Below are positions 1 through 7,146 of a DNA stretch of 32,000 nt, one piece after another (position 1 is the first letter of the stretch; each line of letters opens with the position of its first letter). Made by a program: the position numbers and the translations under genes. This DNA is from Candidatus Saccharimonadota bacterium (GTDB lineage Bacteria; Patescibacteriota; Gracilibacteria; UBA4473), in contig JACKFV010000001.1 in NCBI GenBank assembly GCA_020632335.1, forward strand, positions 420,001 to 452,000, in the 5' to 3' direction. The notes under the pieces are model-generated. The model searched no databases, had not been told where the DNA came from, and was given only the letters and a program-made list of their open reading frames with translations.

Positions 1-51
1 CACCACGAGCAATGCGATGAGGAGGATGTCGGTGAGGGAGAGGGCGCTCAT
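1..51 (-). CDS. 5' end of a hypothetical hydrophobic protein; the gene runs off the left edge
   Basis: ATG at 51..49 on the minus strand is followed by 17 open codons, MSALSLTDILLIALLVV. Only 51 nt are visible, so no homology call is possible. Confidence 0.2.
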   Translation of the reverse strand, partial: MSALSLTDILLIALLVV

Positions 52-130
52 AGCCACAGCCTATACCGCGCGCTGCATTCGTCTAGGCAGAAAAGGTAGA
101 CGCCACCGCCGCCGTATATAGAGTGAGACC

Positions 131-1906
131 ATGCGCCAGAAGCACGTAGTGAGTGGCCTGATTCTCCTCCTGCTGGGGGGGGTCATGCTGCTACAGTCGC
201 AGATACCCCAGTGGCGAGCGCTGGCGGAGGCCAGTGTGGAGAGTGCCCTCAACGCCGGTACCAGCGCAGAGGCGTGGCAGCTGGCAGCCTACCAGGCCGA
301 GAGTCTGCCCAGCGTCTACCCCTTTACGCTGCTCTCGCGCACCATCACTGACCTCTCAGCCGTGGCCGCGGCGTACGAGCGCCTCCCCAGTGTGGCCAAT
401 TTTTCGCTGACGTCACAGCCCTTTCTTTATAGCGATATCGAGCCCTATTACCAGTTCAGCCGCACCCTGCGCACCACTATAGCGTCGCTGCAGTCGCGAC
501 TGGGGCGCCTGCCACGAGGGATATTTACCCCAGAGCAGCAGCAGGAGCTGCGTCTGCTGGAGGGGCAGATGAAGATACTGAGCGGCTGGCTGAAGGACGC
601 GGAGGAGATCTACGCAACGCTGAAGGAGCACCGTGACCGCGTGCTGATTCTCTTTATGAATGAGAACGAGGCCCGTGCTGGAGGCGGTTTTGCGGGGTCG
701 CTGGCTTACCTGGATTTCGCTCCGGGGGGGGTGTACCTCAGCTTCCACGACATCTACAGTGAGGACCGGCTCCTCCCCGAGAGCGCGAAACTCCCCGCGC
801 TAGACTACTTCACACCGCTGGACCCGCTCATCAGCCTGAAGGATGTCCCCGCGCTGAGCGCTGACTTCCCTACCCTGGCCGAGCAGTACCAGGACTTCTA
901 TAAGGCCATGCCCAGGAGCTTTGTGCCCAGTACCGTCCTGGCGGTAGATACCCAGGCCATACGCACGCTGCTGGGGGCGCTGCCGCGGGCCATCACGCTG
1001 GAGCCCTGGGAGATCACCGTGACGCCCGAGAATGCCGATATGGTACTGCAGTTCTTGGTGGAATCTAAAATTGCCGGCCGCTATGACGTCAAATCCCCCA
1101 TCATGCAGCTGGGGGTGCAGCTCATGGATCCAACGCTCTGGCGGGGTTTTGCCCTGGGGGAGGAGAACGCGGCGGCGCTGCTGGAGCTGCTGGAGCAGGG
1201 GCACGTGCGGCTCTGGAGTGAGCGGCGAGTACTGCAGTCCCTTGCCGAGCGGGCGGGCATGACTGGCCAGGTGACGCGCAGCCGGAATATCGACGATTTT
1301 CTCCAGCTCAGCATCACGAATATTGGCGCGAATAAGTCGGATAGATTTGTAGATACCGCCGTGCACCACCGCACCAAGGTCCTCCCCACAGGCCTGGGCA
1401 AGGTCTACCTGACGCTGCGGCGTACCCATACGCTGGCTCCGGGGGAGATAGACCACCTGCTCGGCACCACGAGACTCAGCCCGAATGTCGCCAGCACCCT
1501 CACCGACGCGGTGCGCTATGTCTTGGGAGACAGCCAAAACCGCGCCATTATGCATCTGTCACTCCCTGCGGGGGCCGTCATAGACAACTACAGTAACCCC
1601 AGTGGCAGCTATAACGTGCTGGAGGATAGCCCCTTCAGCAACGCGCAGACGGTGGAATTCCCCATGCATGTGAGCCCCGGCGAGTCACTGGAGGTAGTGC
1701 TGGAGTACACGGTGCCGCTGAAGAGAGGATCGAGCGCCTGGCGACCCTATAGCTTTGAGCTGCTGCCCACCCCCGCCCGAGAACGCAGCGAGTTCATCAA
1801 GACCATCACCACGACCGACGACGGGCAGCTCACCGCCGAGACCGAGAACATGGGCCGCCCCCTGCCCTTGCAAGAGCAGATCTACCGCGCGGTGGTGGAG
1901 TTTTAG
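131..1906 (+). CDS. DUF4012 domain membrane-anchored protein
   Basis: 591-aa ORF with an N-terminal TM segment (VVSGLILLLLGGVMLL). It carries the DUF4012-type motif VLILFMNENEARAGGGFAGSLAYLDF. The family assignment is from memory of the motif. Confidence 0.75.
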   Translation: MRQKHVVSGLILLLLGGVMLLQSQIPQWRALAEASVESALNAGTSAEAWQLAAYQAESLPSVYPFTLLSRTITDLSAVAAAYERLPSVANFSLTSQPFLYSDIEPYYQFSRTLRTTIASLQSRLGRLPRGIFTPEQQQELRLLEGQMKILSGWLKDAEEIYATLKEHRDRVLILFMNENEARAGGGFAGSLAYLDFAPGGVYLSFHDIYSEDRLLPESAKLPALDYFTPLDPLISLKDVPALSADFPTLAEQYQDFYKAMPRSFVPSTVLAVDTQAIRTLLGALPRAITLEPWEITVTPENADMVLQFLVESKIAGRYDVKSPIMQLGVQLMDPTLWRGFALGEENAAALLELLEQGHVRLWSERRVLQSLAERAGMTGQVTRSRNIDDFLQLSITNIGANKSDRFVDTAVHHRTKVLPTGLGKVYLTLRRTHTLAPGEIDHLLGTTRLSPNVASTLTDAVRYVLGDSQNRAIMHLSLPAGAVIDNYSNPSGSYNVLEDSPFSNAQTVEFPMHVSPGESLEVVLEYTVPLKRGSSAWRPYSFELLPTPARERSEFIKTITTTDDGQLTAETENMGRPLPLQEQIYRAVVEF

Positions 1907-1916
1907 CCCTGCCGGA

Positions 1917-1944
1917 TTGACACGCGTGGTCCTTACGGTAGCAT
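1917..1944 (+). promoter_or_regulatory. Putative sigma70-type promoter of the subunit D gene
   Basis: TTGACA (1917-1922), 16-nt spacer, TAGCAT (1939-1944). The ATG lies 19 nt downstream, so this is a leadered transcript. Confidence 0.35.
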
Positions 1945-1963
1945 GCCGGGGTAACCACTTTGC

Positions 1964-2620
1964 ATGGCAGTACAACAGGTCACGGCGACGCGCATGACGC
2001 TCCTGGAGCTCAAGAACAAGGTCACCACCGCCAACCGCGGGCATAAGCTGCTGAAGGACAAGCGCGATGGACTCATGCAGGAGTTCCTCACCATAGTGCA
2101 GCGGGCCAAGCAGCTGCGCAAGCAAGTGGAGCAGTCGCTGCGAGATGCCAACCTGGCCTTCCTGGAGGCGCAGATAGCCACCCCCAGACCCTTCATCGAG
2201 AATGCCCTGGCTGAGCCCGTGAAGGATATTCGCATCGGTGTACGGACCAAAACCATCATGGCCGTGAAGATCCCCGAGTTCACCGTAGAGGTGACCGACC
2301 GCGCCGTGCAGTACTCCGCGCTGCAAACCCGTGCCAGCCTGGACATCACCCTGGAGAAGTTCAGCAGTGTCATCGCCCTGCTGGTGGAGGTAGCTGAGAC
2401 CGAGAAGGCCGCCGAGAATATGGCCCTGGAGATAGAAAAAACCCGCCGACGGGTCAACGCGCTGGAGCACAAGATGATCCCCGACCTGCAAGACACGCTG
2501 AAGTACGTGAAGATGCGCCTGGGTGAGACCGAGCGCTCGGCGATTGTGCAGGTGATGGCGATCAAGAACCTGATAGAAGCTAACGAGAACCGTAATACTC
2601 CCCCGCATGCCTCTGCGTAA
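1964..2620 (+). CDS. ntpD: V/A-type ATP synthase subunit D (central stalk)
   Basis: Full-length match to the subunit D pattern. N-terminal motif: TRMTLLELKNKVTTANRGHKLLKDKRDGLMQEF. C-terminal motif: EIEKTRRRVNALEHKMIPDL...KYVKMRLGETER. The size (218 aa) is typical. Confidence 0.9.
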   Translation: MAVQQVTATRMTLLELKNKVTTANRGHKLLKDKRDGLMQEFLTIVQRAKQLRKQVEQSLRDANLAFLEAQIATPRPFIENALAEPVKDIRIGVRTKTIMAVKIPEFTVEVTDRAVQYSALQTRASLDITLEKFSSVIALLVEVAETEKAAENMALEIEKTRRRVNALEHKMIPDLQDTLKYVKMRLGETERSAIVQVMAIKNLIEANENRNTPPHASA

Positions 2621-3677
2621 TTCCCTCCTCTCCAGCCTGCTCACCAGCGCCCTGGTGCTGCTCACCAGTACCGCGCTGGCTTCGCCCCTGCCTGCGGACT
2701 ACCCGCTCTATCGCCAGATCCTCGAGCAGGAGCCCGGCATGCAGCAGCTGGAGCTTCCGCGGGAGGTGCTGCAAGACGTCGACCGTCGGGGCAAGAACCT
2801 GGCGATATTCGACGAGGAGAACACGCTGGTGCCCTTTACCCTGGCTACTAGCGGGGTGGAGCGCCTGGACGGCACGACGCTCACGGTGGTAGAGCAGACC
2901 TTTGGCGATGGGCAGGACCCGCAGTACCTGGTGGATGGAGATATTAGCACCATCGCTGGCTTTGCTAACCGCAGCGATGAGAGCCTGGTGCCCTCGGTTA
3001 CCCTTGCCTTCCCGAGGCCCGTGCCCCTGGCGGCGGTGAGTTTTGACCCGTCGTATAAGGCTGCTATCCCCCGGCTGGTGCTGCGCGCAGGCCTCACGCG
3101 AGAGAGCATGAAGACGCTCTACAGCGGGGAGTACCACCCCGAGATCCTCCAAGAAACCGACCCTATTAGCTACCTGGAGGTGCAGTTCCCCGCCGCGAGT
3201 GACCTGGTGCTCAAGGATATCTTCGTCTACGCAGCGCCACGCTGGGGGCTGCGCTTCCCGGCTGAGGACGGCAAACGCTATACCCTGGCCTATGGCGGCA
3301 GCCGTGACTACGCGGCGTATCGTCATCGGGAGACGTTCTCAGACACCTTTACCCCGAATGCACGGCTGAGTAACCCCATCACCACCGCAGACTATACGGG
3401 AGAAATCCCCCAGTACCTGCCCGATACCGACCGTGACGGCGTGGCCAACGCGGAGGACAACTGCCCGCTGATGGCCAATGAGGCGCAGGACGACAGTGAC
3501 CGAGACGGCATCGGGGACGTGTGTGACAGCCAAGACAACCGTCAGTCGGTGGGGGAGACACTCCGAGAGGCTGGCTCTGCACTGACCAATAGTAACGCTA
3601 CCGCGCTCTACCTGGTGCTGGCGGCGCTGCTCATCGGCATTATTGTCTTTGCGCTGCACCACCGCAAACGCCGCTAA
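2607..3677 (+). CDS. Secreted, C-terminally anchored surface protein with thrombospondin type-3 (Ca-binding) repeats
   Basis: Signal peptide MPLRNSLLSSLLTSALVLLTSTALA. TSP3-like repeats DTDRDGVANAEDNCPLMANEAQDDSDRDGIGDVCD at 3423-3527. C-terminal TM segment plus basic tail (ALYLVLAALLIGIIVFALHHRKRR). The start overlaps the ntpD stop by 14 nt. Confidence 0.8.
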   Translation: MPLRNSLLSSLLTSALVLLTSTALASPLPADYPLYRQILEQEPGMQQLELPREVLQDVDRRGKNLAIFDEENTLVPFTLATSGVERLDGTTLTVVEQTFGDGQDPQYLVDGDISTIAGFANRSDESLVPSVTLAFPRPVPLAAVSFDPSYKAAIPRLVLRAGLTRESMKTLYSGEYHPEILQETDPISYLEVQFPAASDLVLKDIFVYAAPRWGLRFPAEDGKRYTLAYGGSRDYAAYRHRETFSDTFTPNARLSNPITTADYTGEIPQYLPDTDRDGVANAEDNCPLMANEAQDDSDRDGIGDVCDSQDNRQSVGETLREAGSALTNSNATALYLVLAALLIGIIVFALHHRKRR

Positions 3678-3682
3678 AGGGC

Positions 3683-3710
3683 TTGTCTTGGGCAGTATTT
3701 CTCCTACACT
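3683..3710 (+). promoter_or_regulatory. Leaderless-type promoter of gmk
   Basis: TTGTCT, 16 nt, TACACT, then exactly 6 nt to ATG 3717. Confidence 0.5.
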
Positions 3711-3716
3711 GCGGAC

Positions 3717-4313
3717 ATGCAACGCGGCAAATTCTGTATTATTTCTGGCTTTACGGGGGCGGGGAAGTCCACGCTTATCCAGCATCTGCGGCTGCATCGC
3801 CCGGATCTCCTCTTCCTCAGAAGCATCACCACCCGCGCGCCACGGCCAGAGGAGCTCACCCACCCGGAGCTCTGCAGCTATGACTTTGTCACCGAGGAGC
3901 AATTTAGAGAGCTCATCACTACCGGGCAGCTGCTAGAGCACGCGCTGGTGCACAACGCCCACTACTACGGCACGCGTAAGCAACCCATCTTCGACGCTAT
4001 TGCTGCAGGGCAGCTCATCTATAAGGAGATGGACGTAGCGGGCTATGAGATCGTGGAGCAGCTGCTGCCAGCGAAGGATTTCTTTGGTATTACCCTGCAG
4101 TATGACCCCACCGAGGAAGAGATCCGCCAGCGCCTGACTAACGGGGACCGCGCGATGGAGGAGGCAGACGTGCAGCGCCGTATGGCCAGCATCGCCAAGG
4201 AGCAGGAGGTAACCCGGCGCTACCAGTACCACGTGGAGAGCGTGTGGCACCAGATGCCGGCCGTCATCACCGCGGTAGAGGGGATCATCGCCCAGGAGAT
4301 GCATGAGCAGTAA
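3717..4313 (+). CDS. gmk: Guanylate kinase
   Basis: P-loop GFTGAGKST, then SITTRAPRPEE...YDFVTEEQFRELITTGQLLEHALVHNAHYYGT. Confidence 0.95.
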   Translation: MQRGKFCIISGFTGAGKSTLIQHLRLHRPDLLFLRSITTRAPRPEELTHPELCSYDFVTEEQFRELITTGQLLEHALVHNAHYYGTRKQPIFDAIAAGQLIYKEMDVAGYEIVEQLLPAKDFFGITLQYDPTEEEIRQRLTNGDRAMEEADVQRRMASIAKEQEVTRRYQYHVESVWHQMPAVITAVEGIIAQEMHEQ

Positions 4314-4701
4314 CTCCCTCGGCGACACCGGTGAGGCGCTGGCCCGCGAGTACCTGGAGGAGCAAGGGTTGCAGTGCTGCACCCAGCAGTACCACAGCCA
4401 GGGCGGCGAGATAGACCTCATCTGCTATGACGCGACGTCAGACACCTATGTGCTGGTGGAGGTGAAATCGCGGCGCTCGCGGCGGTACGGGCAGCTGCAA
4501 GAGAGCATCACTCGGCAGAAGATAGCGCGCATGCTACACGCGGCTGAGCGCTATTTCCTCACTGAGCTGGAACGCCAAGAAGTGCCCTACTTCCGCATAG
4601 ACATCGTTTTCATCGACTATAGCGGGGACACCCCCATCATCGACTGGTTGCCGAATATCGCCCTGGAGGACGAGTCTACTGGCAGCTCTCGGCCAGGGTG
4701 A
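4303..4701 (+). CDS. yraN: YraN family (UPF0102) endonuclease-like protein
   Basis: GDTGEALAREYLEEQG...GGEIDLICYD...YVLVEVKSRRS. Overlaps gmk by 11 nt and ends in TGA. Confidence 0.9.
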   Translation: MSSNSLGDTGEALAREYLEEQGLQCCTQQYHSQGGEIDLICYDATSDTYVLVEVKSRRSRRYGQLQESITRQKIARMLHAAERYFLTELERQEVPYFRIDIVFIDYSGDTPIIDWLPNIALEDESTGSSRPG

Positions 4702-5251
4702 ATCCGGCAGCTATGGCTTCCTCGGTGCTACAGAAGTACCGTTCGCCCTTGGTCTCATCTATCACCACCCGGCTGGCGGCGATGCAGCCCACGGGGTAGT
4801 AGAACTGCCCGCTGCTGGTGATGTTCCCCTTCACCTCACAGACGCCCTCCAGCGTTTCGTAGTCCTGCTCTGGCACCTCCACCACCGTGGGGAGCATGCT
4901 GCGGGTGTCCTCGGTGCTCTCTTCACTCGGGGCTGGCTCGGCCAGTTGCACCGCTCGGGTAGCGGGCGGGCGACTCACACTGGCATAGACAGGCGCCTGC
5001 TGTAGCTCTTCTAGTACTTGTAGCTCGGTCTCCAGCATGTGGAGGTGCTGCTCGAGCATCTCCTGCTCGGCCATGCTGGGGAGCGGCGGGTAGCTCACAT
5101 TAATAGGCGTGAGACGCCGGTACTGGCTCTCGTCATAGGTGATCTGCATACCGGTGGGGTGGAGCTGCTTACTCCCATCTGAGGGGAGCACGTGCATCAC
5201 CGCGCCGGTTGCTGCTGCCAGTACCATTCCTACAAGGGCTCCAAATGTCAT
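4676..5251 (-). CDS. Membrane-anchored protein with coiled-coil region and a C-terminal Cys-containing KGNI...GERYFC...EEA..AGF module
   Basis: N-terminal TM segment (MTFGALVGMVLAAATGAV). The C-terminus is CEVKGNITSSGQFYYPVGCIAASRVVIDETKGERYFCSTEEAIAAGF. ATG at 5251 is preferred over the TTG at 5260. The gene starts 8-17 nt downstream of thrS. Confidence 0.7.
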   Translation of the reverse strand: MTFGALVGMVLAAATGAVMHVLPSDGSKQLHPTGMQITYDESQYRRLTPINVSYPPLPSMAEQEMLEQHLHMLETELQVLEELQQAPVYASVSRPPATRAVQLAEPAPSEESTEDTRSMLPTVVEVPEQDYETLEGVCEVKGNITSSGQFYYPVGCIAASRVVIDETKGERYFCSTEEAIAAGFTLAESCQ

Positions 5252-5268
5252 AGAAAGCAATAATGCCT

Positions 5269-7023
5269 CTATTGTAATACTTCACAGAATTCGTCAAAGG
5301 AAATCGTTTGTTCCGTCTCCTGCCCATAGGCACGCACGGTCAGCTGGCCACTGGCGGCCTCTGTATCCCCCAGCACAATGCTATAGGGGAGTTTCTCGGT
5401 CTGTGCATTCCGTACGCGTTTGCCCAGCGTCTCACTGGTATCCCAGAGCTCCGCGCGCACCCCGCGCTGCCGTAGTCGCTCCATTAGGGCATTGGCGGCT
5501 GCATCATGCGCTGGGTTCACGGGCAGTACCACGCACTGCACGGGACTGAGCCACGCCGGGAAGGCCCCCGCAAAGTGCTCTATCATCACGCTCATGAAGC
5601 GCTCCAGTGACCCGGCTATCGCCCGGTGGATCATCACAGGGCGCTCCTTGGTGCCGTCCTCCGCGGTATATTCCAGCCCAAAGCGCTCTGGCTGGACGAA
5701 GTCTATCTGGATGGTGGACAGCTGGCGCTCACGCTGTAGGCTGTCGTAGAACATGAAGTCCAGCTTCGGTCCATAGAACGCCGCCTCACCCTCGATGCGC
5801 TTGTAGGGCAGCGCGGCCTCCTGGCATACTTCCTCGAGGAACCTCTCCGCCGTACTCCAGTTCTCCTCGCCCCCCAGGTACTTCTCGAGTGTCTTGGGGT
5901 CTCGTACGCTCAGCGACACCCAGAAGTTCTCTTTCTCCCACATGCCTATACGGGCATAGAACTGCTCGATGATCCGCACAATGCGCTGGGACTCGTCCTT
6001 CACCTGTGATAGCCGACAAAACACATGCGCGTCGTCTTGAGTAATGCTGCGCACGCGGCTCAGGCCACTGAGCTCGCCGTGTTTTTCATCGCGGTAAACC
6101 ATGGTGGTCTCCATATACCGCTGGGGGAGATCCCGGTAGCTGCGCATCTGGCTGGCATACACCTGGGTGTGATGGGGGCAGTTCATGGGCTTCATCACAA
6201 AGGCCGCGTCGTTCTTCCCCCGGACGTGGAAGAGATCATCGCTGAATTTCTCCCAGTGGCCAGAGGTCTTGTAGAGGTCTGGTTGCGCCAGATGCGGGAT
6301 GCACACCTCGGTGTAGCCCTCCGCGCTGCTGAGCGCCATGATGGTATCTTGTATCTTCCGGCGGATAAATGTGCCCTTGGGGGTGAAGAGCGGCAGCCCC
6401 GGCCCCACCAGGTCTGAGAAGGTGAAGAGCCCCAGCTCTTGCCCCAGCCTACGGTGGTCACGCTTGGCGGCCTCTGCTATGAAGTGGTGGTACTCGCTGA
6501 GCAGCTCCTCGGTGGCAAAGGCCACGCCGTAGATCCTCGTCAGCTGCGCGAGCTTCTCGTCTCCTCGCCAGTAGGCCCCGGCTATCTTGGTGAGTTCAAA
6601 GGCTCCTACGTCACCCGTGTAGGAGAGGTGCGGGCCGGCGCAGAGGTCACTATAGACGTTCTGGCCCGCGTCGTTCTGGAAGTGGTAGAACGAGAGCGCC
6701 AGCCCCCGCGCGAGGATCCCGTCGATGAGTTCTTGCTTATACGGGTCGCCGGCAAAGTGCGCCCGCGCGTGCTCCTCACTGACGTCTTGCTGCACTACCG
6801 CGAAGTTCTTATTGATGATCCAGCGCATTTTCTTCTGGATATCTTTAAAGTCATGCTCGCTCAGCGGACTGCCGCCAAAGTCATAGTCCTGATAAAACCC
6901 CGAGTCCGTCCACGGCCCTACTCCCAGGTGTACGTCTGGGCGCAGCATCTTGACGGCATAGGTCATGATGTGACTGGCGGTATGCCGCCGCCGATTCTCG
7001 GTATCTGACTGGGGGAATCTCAT
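5269..7023 (-). CDS. thrS: Threonine--tRNA ligase, lacking the N-terminal TGS domain
   Basis: Begins at the editing-domain motif RRHTASHIMTYAV. Class II catalytic core and anticodon-binding domain are present. The start at 7023 (MRFPQS) is supported by a -10 box 6 nt upstream, and the upstream ORF extension has no homology. Confidence 0.95.
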   Translation of the reverse strand: MRFPQSDTENRRRHTASHIMTYAVKMLRPDVHLGVGPWTDSGFYQDYDFGGSPLSEHDFKDIQKKMRWIINKNFAVVQQDVSEEHARAHFAGDPYKQELIDGILARGLALSFYHFQNDAGQNVYSDLCAGPHLSYTGDVGAFELTKIAGAYWRGDEKLAQLTRIYGVAFATEELLSEYHHFIAEAAKRDHRRLGQELGLFTFSDLVGPGLPLFTPKGTFIRRKIQDTIMALSSAEGYTEVCIPHLAQPDLYKTSGHWEKFSDDLFHVRGKNDAAFVMKPMNCPHHTQVYASQMRSYRDLPQRYMETTMVYRDEKHGELSGLSRVRSITQDDAHVFCRLSQVKDESQRIVRIIEQFYARIGMWEKENFWVSLSVRDPKTLEKYLGGEENWSTAERFLEEVCQEAALPYKRIEGEAAFYGPKLDFMFYDSLQRERQLSTIQIDFVQPERFGLEYTAEDGTKERPVMIHRAIAGSLERFMSVMIEHFAGAFPAWLSPVQCVVLPVNPAHDAAANALMERLRQRGVRAELWDTSETLGKRVRNAQTEKLPYSIVLGDTEAASGQLTVRAYGQETEQTISFDEFCEVLQ

Positions 7024-7029
7024 GCACGC

Positions 7030-7057
7030 ACTATAGGGCGCTCTGGTGAGGTGGCAA
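7030..7057 (-). promoter_or_regulatory. Leaderless-type promoter of thrS
   Basis: Minus strand: TTGCCA (7057-7052), 16 nt, TATAGT (7035-7030), 6 nt, ATG 7023. Confidence 0.55.
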
Positions 7058-7082
7058 ATGATCTGAGTACTCGTACAGAAAA

Positions 7083-7109
7083 TTAGCACTCTCATTATTT
7101 GACTGCTAA
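7083..7109. promoter_or_regulatory. CIRCE operator (HrcA binding site)
   Basis: TTAGCACTC-tcattattt-GACTGCTAA compared with the consensus TTAGCACTC-N9-GAGTGCTAA. This is 17 of 18 positions with the exact 9-nt spacer. Confidence 0.8.
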
Positions 7110-7127
7110 CTCTTTACAGCGTATACT
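7099..7127 (+). promoter_or_regulatory. clpB promoter overlapping the right arm of CIRCE
   Basis: TTGACT (7099-7104), 17 nt, TATACT (7122-7127). The ATG lies 19 nt downstream, giving a short leader. Confidence 0.55.
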
Positions 7128-7146
7128 CCTCTTGTAAGCCCTCTCT

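Noticed and set aside
175-182. G8/C8 homopolymer tracts as possible phase-variation switches: 175-182 and 724-731 in the DUF4012 gene, 24825-24832 in mscS, 30429-30436 in the lipoprotein linker.
   Set aside because: All are in frame (Gly-Gly or Pro-Pro codons). A few such runs are expected by chance in 64 kb of two-strand sequence at this GC content. No associated frameshifted ORFs were found.
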